From Alphaproteobacteria bacterium (GTDB lineage Bacteria; Pseudomonadota; Alphaproteobacteria; CAAHEQ01; UBA3637), in assembly GCA_045605805.1 (NCBI GenBank), contig JAZUQR010000004.1, positions 1 through 10,975 on the forward strand: 10,975 bases of DNA, written 5' to 3'. Every line of letters starts with the position of its first letter. Within the stretch, counting starts at the first letter, position 1. The translations under genes were made by a program, and so were the position numbers. Positions 1 to 7,073 of this stretch are shown piece after piece. The notes under the pieces are model-generated. The model searched no databases and was not told where the DNA came from. It worked only from the letters and a program-made list of their open reading frames with translations.

Positions 1-79
1 AAAAAACAAACAAAACAAATGAAAGGAATTAAAATGAACTGGAACATAGAACAAACCATTGAAGGCCGGCGTAAGGCAT
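1..79 (+). repeat. Exact 79-bp terminal direct repeat, left copy
   Basis: Positions 1-79 (aaaaaacaaacaaaacaaatgaaaggaatt...gaaggccggcgtaaggcat) are identical to 10897-10975 by base-by-base comparison. Confidence 0.98.
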
Positions 80-81
80 GA
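34..81 (+). CDS. Putative 15-aa upstream ORF / leader peptide MNWNIEQTIEGRRKA
   Basis: GAAAGGA Shine-Dalgarno at 21-27, ATG at 34, TGA at 79-81. Its initiation region (20-38) matches that of the pilin (137-155) at 18/19 nt. Translation is unproven. Confidence 0.35.
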   Translation: MNWNIEQTIEGRRKA

Positions 82-150
82 AATGATGTTTTTGTTGTTC
101 CAATCCATTGAGTATTCTTCTCAAAAATAAAAAAACTGAAAGGAAATAAA

Positions 151-516
151 ATGAAAAAAAATGAATCCGGCCGTTCTATGGTTGAAATGTTGGGCGTTCT
201 CGCCATTATCGGTGTGTTGTCCGTCGGTGGTATCGCCGGCTATACATTGGCTATGAATAAATATCGTCAAGCCGAAGTTTCTAACGCTATTGCTTTGACA
301 TATGTGGAAGCTGTGGCTCAAGGGAAGCAGGTAGCCTATGCTGACGTGGCAAACGGCGTTACAGTTCCAGCTGGATTGTCTGGTTATATTACCAATATTC
401 AGGTTGACGAAGCTGGTGGCGTGACGATTACAGGTAAGGAAGCTTCTTTCAAGTGTGAAGACGTCGACTGGTGTAAAGACGGTGTGACGGCTGCTGTAAA
501 CGCTATAGTTTCATAA
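151..516 (+). CDS. Type IV pilin-like protein (class III signal peptide), 121 aa
   Basis: Short leader MKKNESG, then RSMVEMLGVLAIIGVLSVGGIAGY: Gly at -1, Glu at +5 and a hydrophobic helix. C-terminal Cys pair (CEDVDWC) resembles a pilin D-region. SD GAAAGGA at 138-144 and its own terminator. Confidence 0.88.
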   Translation: MKKNESGRSMVEMLGVLAIIGVLSVGGIAGYTLAMNKYRQAEVSNAIALTYVEAVAQGKQVAYADVANGVTVPAGLSGYITNIQVDEAGGVTITGKEASFKCEDVDWCKDGVTAAVNAIVS

Positions 517-529
517 GTTGCTTCATCAC

Positions 530-561
530 AAAAAAACTCCCTTTAACGAGGGAGTTTTTTT
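530..561. terminator. Bidirectional intrinsic terminator
   Basis: Perfect 13-bp inverted repeat aaaaaaactccct-(ttaacg)-agggagttttttt with a U-tract on both strands, lying between the convergent pilin and SUKH genes. Confidence 0.92.
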
Positions 562-1000
562 ATGGGGTTTCGTTCAGCAAGTGGTACAGCATATCTTCAA
601 AACGGGGCAAGGCCACCACGGGCAAAAGGGCGTTTCTGTCCAACAGCTCGTAGGTGTTATTTTGGGCATTATAGCAGATAAGCCCTTCACTGCACCGCCC
701 CAAAACCAAGCGTTTGGCAAAAAAGCGTGCTGTGGCATATTGTTTGTGATAGCCCATTAAAGAGGGGTGGTCAAACACTGTGCCAGCCCGTTCATGCGAA
801 GAGCAGGAAAAAAACTCTAAATCCCCACAGGCAAAACCATCGGTCAATGTTAAAAAATTAAGATAGCCCCGAGGAATGCGGACTCGCCCTGCCTTGACCA
901 ACGCCACAGAAGCACTTTGGGCTTGGTTTAATCCAACGGCCGGAAAAAATACCGTCTCCTTTGTTTTTAATTGGTTCACAAGCGTTTGCAACAAAATCAT
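560..1000 (-). CDS. SMI1/KNR4 (SUKH superfamily, YrhA-like) immunity-type protein, 146 aa
   Basis: IPRGYLNFLTLTDG fits the SUKH signature lP-x-Y-x-x-FL-x-x-x-(N/D)G, followed by LEFF, LVLG, ICYN..TYELLD and FEDML elements. GGAGG SD and a 4-nt ATGA overlap with the upstream HNH-like gene. Confidence 0.75.
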   Translation of the reverse strand: MILLQTLVNQLKTKETVFFPAVGLNQAQSASVALVKAGRVRIPRGYLNFLTLTDGFACGDLEFFSCSSHERAGTVFDHPSLMGYHKQYATARFFAKRLVLGRCSEGLICYNAQNNTYELLDRNALLPVVALPRFEDMLYHLLNETP

Positions 1001-1632
1001 TTGTTCCCTCCTTTGGGATTGAAGTGAAGCACTTGTGTGGCCATTTCGTTTGTACCATAAGGCACATAGACGGCCGTTTTTGGCACAGGAACATATAATA
1101 TGGGCGGCGTTATCACCCCTGCATCCGACAAAATCTGTTGGTTCAAAAAATGGTGGATTTCTTCGTGAAACGGATAATGCGGGATAAGAACAAAGTTTTC
1201 TTCACTTATGGTCCCCCCATAGGCCAGAGGGTATTTCAAATGAAGGGTCCAATTGATGGGGAGCTTGCCTTGAAAAAGGGCTTTGATTTGGTCTTCATCC
1301 AAACCGGCCACACGCAACGCATCAAAATGATTGGCCGGCAGATGTTGTAAAAAAACAGCCATTTGCTTTTTCGTTTGAACTGCTTCGGATTTGAAATCGT
1401 GTGTATAGTGTGCAATGCGCTTTAAGGCCACCAAATCCATGCCATACAGGTTTGTTTTTTGAAATTGATTTAACCAATACGCATCATTATTGGGGGCATC
1501 CAAATTATCCAATGCAAAATCCATTTCTTGGTCGTTTGGGTTGGGTGGAGCATGGGCCACTTGGGTTAAAGAATCCCAATTTTCAAAAAGCTGTGCGCCA
1601 TCTAATTGAAAATCATCCTTTTGTGGCGACAT
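997..1632 (-). CDS. HNH (beta-beta-alpha-Me) toxin-like protein with acidic N-terminal extension, possibly catalytically degenerate, 211 aa
   Basis: AGLDEDQIKALFQGKLPINWTLHLKYPLAYGGTISEENFVLIPHYPFHEEIH parallels the polymorphic-toxin HNH pattern GL..DI....G..P.G(Y/W).VHH..PL..GG.N...NLVLI...P.H as recalled. AGGAGA SD at 1641-1646. Confidence 0.68.
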   Translation of the reverse strand: MSPQKDDFQLDGAQLFENWDSLTQVAHAPPNPNDQEMDFALDNLDAPNNDAYWLNQFQKTNLYGMDLVALKRIAHYTHDFKSEAVQTKKQMAVFLQHLPANHFDALRVAGLDEDQIKALFQGKLPINWTLHLKYPLAYGGTISEENFVLIPHYPFHEEIHHFLNQQILSDAGVITPPILYVPVPKTAVYVPYGTNEMATQVLHFNPKGGNK

Positions 1633-1647
1633 GGTTGTTTTCTCCTA

Positions 1648-3864
1648 TTACATTGGCGTTGATGGTGGTGGCAATGCCGATTGATTTTGTCCTTCTTCCA
1701 ATGCTTGATTATTCATTTGTTGCATTTGTTGTTGCTCTGCCTGCCATTCGGCCATACGTTCTTGGGCAATCCAATACGGTACATTGGGTGAAGACCCCAT
1801 GGCAATTTTTTTCTTCATATCCGGTTCCATATACCAACGGGGGGCATCGGCCAAAATCGGCCGGCTCATATGGCTTTGCACCAACACATATTGTTGTAAG
1901 GGGTTCAAGCTCATAATTTCAGAAACCTGAATCACAGAAGATTGTTGCATTTGACGGGATACATTTTGTGTGAACATACTGCCTTGCGGGGCGTTCATTC
2001 CTTCTTGACGAGAGGTGCTTTTCACCTCTATGGTTGTATTGCCCACCATTTCCACAAAGCGTTTAGCCGTTTGTTCGTTGTTTTGTGACAACACAATTTT
2101 AACGGCTGTTGTAGAAATCAATGTTTCTAAATCGTCTTTACCATATTTACCCGAGATTTGCCCCAAGTCCTGCCCAATCAACAGATATGACACTTTTTGG
2201 CCACGACCCACGGCCGGCCCATTCACAACAGCCGACAACTTTGGCATTTGCGGAAATTCGTCTAACACAAACAACACAGGGAACGGGCCTGCCTTTTGGC
2301 CGGCACTGTTCACATGCCCAGGTGGATTGGCAATTAAATAGTTGCTCATCAATTCAACAAAGATACCCGTAATCACGCTTAAAGCCGTTGCGTCCACCAA
2401 ATCCACAGACAAATAAACCGTCACTGGTTGCATTTTGCCTGTATTGGGATCGGCAATACCACGCAAATCGCTGAAAGTAAAATCACTTTTTTTGGTACGG
2501 GCAATCACCGCAGCGTTTTTGAAAATACTGATGCCCGCAAAGGCGGTGGACAGCACAGAACCTCGCTCTTTATCCGGTGTGTTGCCCAATTGGCTTAACT
2601 CGGTGACAGCACGGCGGGCATAGCCAAAACGATTCGCTTCCGCAACGGCCGCATCTAACACATCTTTCATGGGGTCGGCCATCATGGCCATTTGATCGCC
2701 TTCGTCCGAACGCCTTTTAATATCAGCCGCCACTTTCATGCTCATATCTGTCCACCAATCCAAAATCATGGCAATACATGGTTCACACCCATACCAACTG
2801 GGCGGCAAGCCGTCCCACATACCAACGGGGGCATAGTTCGCCAAAGTCAATGTGCCACTTTTAAGTGCATTCAAGGCCATACGGGCACCAACATCTTGCA
2901 TATCCATATAGTAGGTTTCCAAAATGCGAGCATCTTCTTGGTCAAAAGAACCCTCTTGCAACTTTGTGACAAAATAATCGTTGGCTCTGGCTCGTTCGCA
3001 TTTAGAGGCGATAAAGTGCAACAAGCCCGCCATAGCATTACGGCCCGCATTGGCCCAGTGTGGGTCTTGTCCACCCGTCGCCTCAGGCACCAAAATCTTG
3101 TTCATAGAGTCAATATACATATCTCGGGCAGGCCCCAAGGGAGGCAAACTTTCAGGGGACAGCGGATTCCAGCTTGGGTAAAAGATATTTTTTTCCGGTT
3201 CGTCTGCTTTGCCCCAATTGATGATATAAACCGGCCCCAAGCTGGCCCGATAGGCCGATGTATTAAAACACAATTCGGGCTTTGGGTCATTGATAATAAG
3301 GCTAACGCCATCCGAGGCAAAAATTGTTGGAACAACAACGCCAACTGTTTTACCGGTACCAGGCGGCGCACATACCAACACAGCCAATGTTTCGGCCAAT
3401 TTTAACAGATGCCCCTTAAACTTGCCCAAAACCGTACAGATACCTTTATCAATGCCAATTTGTGACATTTGCCTTATGTCATCCAAAGTGGCCATACGCC
3501 CTTCACCAAAGATGTTTGGCATATTCTTATATGGGTTTTTGATAATCCCTCGTGCAATGATACCAAACATTAAAACAAACGGCACAACAGGAACCAAGTA
3601 GGCCACAGAAAATGTCACACGGGCATCTGTAAAATAGTTCCACCATTTACCAACGATTGAAAATAAATAAAGTGGATTCATGACGGCACGCTTCAAAAAT
3701 ATTATCCCTTGTTTGAAAGATTCTTGGTCAAGGCCTTTCATACACCATACATATATCGGCATTGCCAACAAAAGTGTGACATACCATACCAGTAAGGCCA
3801 CGATAAATGTTTTCATAATATAAAAACCAAACTTTCTTTGTTCGGCATACATACGATCAACCAT
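1648..3864 (-). CDS. virD4: Type IV secretion coupling protein, VirD4/TraG family, 738 aa
   Basis: Two N-terminal hydrophobic segments, Walker A CAPPGTGKT, IINDPKPEL, WNPL, DPHW, KSDFTFSDLR, Walker B LFVLDEFPQMPKL, GRGQKV..LIGQDLGQI..KYG. GGGAG SD. Confidence 0.93.
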   Translation of the reverse strand: MVDRMYAEQRKFGFYIMKTFIVALLVWYVTLLLAMPIYVWCMKGLDQESFKQGIIFLKRAVMNPLYLFSIVGKWWNYFTDARVTFSVAYLVPVVPFVLMFGIIARGIIKNPYKNMPNIFGEGRMATLDDIRQMSQIGIDKGICTVLGKFKGHLLKLAETLAVLVCAPPGTGKTVGVVVPTIFASDGVSLIINDPKPELCFNTSAYRASLGPVYIINWGKADEPEKNIFYPSWNPLSPESLPPLGPARDMYIDSMNKILVPEATGGQDPHWANAGRNAMAGLLHFIASKCERARANDYFVTKLQEGSFDQEDARILETYYMDMQDVGARMALNALKSGTLTLANYAPVGMWDGLPPSWYGCEPCIAMILDWWTDMSMKVAADIKRRSDEGDQMAMMADPMKDVLDAAVAEANRFGYARRAVTELSQLGNTPDKERGSVLSTAFAGISIFKNAAVIARTKKSDFTFSDLRGIADPNTGKMQPVTVYLSVDLVDATALSVITGIFVELMSNYLIANPPGHVNSAGQKAGPFPVLFVLDEFPQMPKLSAVVNGPAVGRGQKVSYLLIGQDLGQISGKYGKDDLETLISTTAVKIVLSQNNEQTAKRFVEMVGNTTIEVKSTSRQEGMNAPQGSMFTQNVSRQMQQSSVIQVSEIMSLNPLQQYVLVQSHMSRPILADAPRWYMEPDMKKKIAMGSSPNVPYWIAQERMAEWQAEQQQMQQMNNQALEEGQNQSALPPPSTPM

Positions 3865-3865
3865 G

Positions 3866-5014
3866 TTATTCTCCCTTTAATAATTGTTTTAATGTGTCAA
3901 TTTGGGCAACAGACAAAGGACCTGTTTCTTTTATCAATTCGGCTGTTGTTGGGATTTCTTCCGTTCCCCCCACATCTGTGCGTGATACTGTCACTTGCAT
4001 TTCTTTCCATATGCGCAACATTTCTTCGGCATTGATGATATTGCCTTTTTGTTCAATCATAAAAGGTTGTACAGGAATATCGGAAAAATCAGGTGCAATT
4101 TTTTCTTCAATCTCTTTGACACTTTGAAGTAATTCATAAACAGGAGACACACGATGGTCTACCTCGGAAAACCACAAAGGAGCTTCCCCATTAAAAGGTT
4201 CTTCTTCTCCTAACCAATCACCCGATGCTTTATCCACATACACAACAAAAATCCTGTCTGAACCAGCTGCCACAAAATCAATTTGTTGAACGGATGTTTT
4301 AACATTCTGAATCAATTGATAGCCGGCATTTTCAAACAAAGCGGGCACATCCTCCACAACTGGTTCACGCACAGGGATTTCAATATCTTCCAAGGGGATG
4401 TTTTCAAAATCCGCTTCAATATCCGGTTCTGTTGGGACAGGGGATATTGGCTGTCTGTTTGCAGGCATTTGAAAGGTATCCAAAGGCATATTGGGTTGAA
4501 AAACAGAAGCGGGTTCTGATGGTTCAATGGAAGCCATACTTCCTTGGGCATTGGATTGTCTGGAAGTGGATAAAGCGACAGGGCGTTTTGGTGTGGACTT
4601 TTTGATCTCTTTATTAGATACAGGCGGTGGTGGCGGGGCCAAAATAAGACCTGTTTTCTTCTTGTGTTTTGAAGAATGTTTTTTTGTTTTCTTTGTGAAT
4701 AATGAATGAAAAAAGTGAATAACAGTTTTGATTATTTTTTTTACAGTTTTGCGCCAACGGACCTTTGTGCAAAGATGCCACAAATAAAGAAAACACGGCA
4801 CAGAAAACAAAAGCACAATCAAAAAAATCCAATCGCTTTTTGCGTTCAACATCCATCCGGATTCAAACTCTTTGATAATAAACAACCAGGAATGACGAGA
4901 AAATAAGTGAAAACGCCAATTACTGTATAAAAAACCGCGCAGCCACCAACCAAAGAAAATGACTGCGACAATCAATCCGACTAATAAGTTTCTGCGCCAT
5001 TCTTTTTTTTGCAT
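3866..5014 (-). CDS. Membrane-anchored protein: 2 TM helices, basic/Pro-rich linker, C-terminal NERD-like PD-(D/E)xK-fold domain, 382 aa
   Basis: Hydrophobic segments at about aa 10-30 and 63-80, a Lys-rich then PPPPP linker, and C-terminal GYQLIQNV..QIDFVAAGSDRIFVVYVDK.SG....W..SPV resembling NERD (QIDH...IFVIETK..SG...NP). AAGGA SD. The CDS call is solid; the domain call is moderate. Confidence 0.6.
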   Translation of the reverse strand: MQKKEWRRNLLVGLIVAVIFFGWWLRGFLYSNWRFHLFSRHSWLFIIKEFESGWMLNAKSDWIFLIVLLFSVPCFLYLWHLCTKVRWRKTVKKIIKTVIHFFHSLFTKKTKKHSSKHKKKTGLILAPPPPPVSNKEIKKSTPKRPVALSTSRQSNAQGSMASIEPSEPASVFQPNMPLDTFQMPANRQPISPVPTEPDIEADFENIPLEDIEIPVREPVVEDVPALFENAGYQLIQNVKTSVQQIDFVAAGSDRIFVVYVDKASGDWLGEEEPFNGEAPLWFSEVDHRVSPVYELLQSVKEIEEKIAPDFSDIPVQPFMIEQKGNIINAEEMLRIWKEMQVTVSRTDVGGTEEIPTTAELIKETGPLSVAQIDTLKQLLKGE

Positions 5015-5044
5015 GACAAATCCTTATCTTTTATTGTTTGATTC

Positions 5045-5073
5045 ATTATACAAAAAACAAAAATGTTTTTCTA
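5045..5073 (-). promoter_or_regulatory. Putative sigma70-type promoter of the NERD-like/virD4/HNH/SUKH operon
   Basis: Minus strand TAGAAA (5073-5068), 17-nt spacer, perfect TATAAT (5050-5045), about 30 nt upstream of the ATG at 5014. Confidence 0.45.
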
Positions 5074-5102
5074 GCAAAAAAAGCGGACTTTTGGTTTTTT
5101 TC

Positions 5103-5381
5103 TTAAATATGTTGTAAAACAAGATTGGGATTAAAATCAACACCCATCGCTTCATTTGCTTTTTCGTATTTATTCAACACAAATCTGAAATAGGTTAAAA
5201 CGAACAAGCGTGTGGCTGATGATAATCCAGATTGGCCTTTGGAAGCATCAATTTTTGAACACAATTCATGAATGGTTAGGCCTTCTCTGGCGCATATATC
5301 TGATAAAGAAATCCAAGTTTCACGATCCAATCGCATACTTGTTCTGCGTCCATTCACGATAACATTTTTACAAACTAACAT
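5103..5381 (-). CDS. Ribbon-helix-helix (RHH_4-type) DNA-binding protein, 92 aa
   Basis: KNVIVNGRRTSMRLD..TW..L.DIC.REGLTI.ELC..ID......LSSA.R.FVL.YF is the typical alphaproteobacterial RHH_4 pattern. Start moved to ATG 5381 because AGGAGA lies just upstream. Confidence 0.88.
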   Translation of the reverse strand: MLVCKNVIVNGRRTSMRLDRETWISLSDICAREGLTIHELCSKIDASKGQSGLSSATRLFVLTYFRFVLNKYEKANEAMGVDFNPNLVLQHI

Positions 5382-5487
5382 TTGTTTCTCCTTTCCTTTT
5401 AATAAAAAATACATTATACTTATGGGTAGTGAAAAAACGAATTGCAACCTATAAGTGTATTATTTTTTTAAGGACACAACTTATAAT

Positions 5488-6036
5488 ATGAAAAAACAAG
5501 AGAAAAAAAAGATTTTGCATACTTGCGATTTTCCAAATTGTACCGAAGGGGCAGAGTTTCGGGCACCAAAAGACAGGACTTTGCGTTCTTATTATTGGTT
5601 TTGTCTGAAACATGTACAAGAATACAATAAAAAATGGGATTTTTTGGCGGGTTTGTCGGCCGAACAAATTGAGGCTCAATTGCAAAATGATGTGACTTGG
5701 CAACGTCCAACATGGAAGTTGGGGATGGGTGGATCAGCCAAAATTGTACATGGAAAAGTCAGTGATAAGTTTCACTTTTTTGATGAATCGCAACTTGGGA
5801 TGAGCGGACAATACAATCCACCACCCACAGAAATGCGTTATTCAAAAAAAATTCAAGATGCTGTTTTGTTTATGCAGTTGGAACAGCCGCTATCACTTGA
5901 AAAAGTAAAAGCACAATATAAAAAATTGGCCAAAATCTATCATCCCGATATTGCCAAACAAGATGCCTCGCTCTTTCAAAAATTGACCAACAGTTATACC
6001 TCTCTTGTGGCGTTTTTAGAACGGGGTGAAGAATGA
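5488..6036 (+). CDS. Alphaproteobacterial-type J-domain (DnaJ-class) co-chaperone
   Basis: N-terminal CDFPNC...GEF-like/RAPK...YWFCLKHVQEYNKKWDF...WQRPTW region and a C-terminal J domain with YHPD. ATG 5488 is preferred over GTG 5455, but the start is uncertain. Confidence 0.88.
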   Translation: MKKQEKKKILHTCDFPNCTEGAEFRAPKDRTLRSYYWFCLKHVQEYNKKWDFLAGLSAEQIEAQLQNDVTWQRPTWKLGMGGSAKIVHGKVSDKFHFFDESQLGMSGQYNPPPTEMRYSKKIQDAVLFMQLEQPLSLEKVKAQYKKLAKIYHPDIAKQDASLFQKLTNSYTSLVAFLERGEE

Positions 6037-7073
6037 AAAACTATTGGTTAACACGCTTCATTTTGATTCCTGTCACCTTGCTTGGCATTATTACTTTGAA
6101 CTTTGTGTTGATTCAAATGACCCCAGGCGGACCGGTTGAACATATGATGATGAAATTGCAAGGGGGTGCTTTAACTTCGGAAATAGCTCAATCAGATACA
6201 AAGCAAAAGGCCTATATTGAACAAATGCGCACTCAGCTGAATCAACAATTTGGATTTGACAAACCTGTGTGGGTGCGTTTTGGCTCAATGCTTAAAAACT
6301 ATCTGTGCTTTGATTTTGGTAAAAGTTTTTATCAAGACAAATCCGTATTGACTTTGTTGAAGGAAAAAATGCCTGTGTCTTTGTCATTGGGGATTTTTTC
6401 CACTTTGCTGATTTATCTGATTGCCATTCCATTGGGCATCAAGAAAGCCCAAAAAGCCGATTCTTCATTTGATAAAATAACAACGGGTATTTTAACCATT
6501 TCCTATGCGGTTCCCGCCTTCTTATTTGCCATTTTTTTGGTTATTTTTTTGGCAGGAGGGCATTATTTGGATTTGTTTCCATTAAAAGGATTGACTTCCG
6601 ATAACTGGGAAAATTTGTCATGGATTCAAAAAGCGGGTGATTATTTGTGGCATATTACATTACCTGTTCTTTCCATCTCTGTGGGGGGAATTGCAGGTTT
6701 ATGTTTTTTAACACGCAATTCTTTTTTGGATGAACTGGGTAAAGCCTATGTGATGACAGCCAAAGCCAAAGGGTGTTCCCAACAACGCATTTTATGGGGG
6801 CATGTCTTCAGAAATGCCATGCTTTTGGTGTTGGCAGGTTTTCCCGCCATGTTGGTCAGTATGCTTTTTACCGGATCTATGCTGATAGAAGTGATTTTTT
6901 CACTGGATGGGCTTGGATTATTAGGCTATGAATCTTTAATCAACCGAGATTATCCCGTTGTTTTTGGTTCGCTGTACTTATTCACATTATTAGGGTTGAT
7001 GTTGAATGTTTTAAGCGATTTTGTTTATACATTGGTTGACCCACGCATTCATTTTTCAAAGAGGCAACTATGA
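6033..7073 (+). CDS. yejB: Peptide/microcin C ABC transporter permease, YejB-like
   Basis: LIPVTLLGIITLNF..IQ..PGGPVE, FGFDKP, FDFGKSFY, KMPVSLSLG, DYLWHITLPV, LTRNSFLDE..K.YV.TAKAKG, GHVFRNAML, IEVIFSLDGLGLLGYE...RDYPVV, DPRIHF. Confidence 0.9.
   Translation: MKNYWLTRFILIPVTLLGIITLNFVLIQMTPGGPVEHMMMKLQGGALTSEIAQSDTKQKAYIEQMRTQLNQQFGFDKPVWVRFGSMLKNYLCFDFGKSFYQDKSVLTLLKEKMPVSLSLGIFSTLLIYLIAIPLGIKKAQKADSSFDKITTGILTISYAVPAFLFAIFLVIFLAGGHYLDLFPLKGLTSDNWENLSWIQKAGDYLWHITLPVLSISVGGIAGLCFLTRNSFLDELGKAYVMTAKAKGCSQQRILWGHVFRNAMLLVLAGFPAMLVSMLFTGSMLIEVIFSLDGLGLLGYESLINRDYPVVFGSLYLFTLLGLMLNVLSDFVYTLVDPRIHFSKRQL

Noticed and set aside
154-161. A8 tract at the pilin start as a phase-variation switch
   Set aside because: Equal tracts occur at 5003-5010 and 5503-5510 as ordinary Lys codons in this AT-rich genome.
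1401-1916. 171-aa plus-strand ORF
   Set aside because: Antisense to the virD4/HNH junction. Its hydrophobic stretch is just the reverse complement of the Gln-rich tail.
2692-3405. 237-aa plus-strand ORF and other ORFs antisense to virD4
   Set aside because: Shadow ORFs opposite a well-supported gene, with no recognisable motifs or convincing SD.
5076-5102. Possible terminator after the RHH gene
   Set aside because: A and T tracts flank no adequate GC stem.
5382-5447. 22-aa N-terminal extension of the RHH ORF
   Set aside because: The SD and the family pattern point to ATG 5381.
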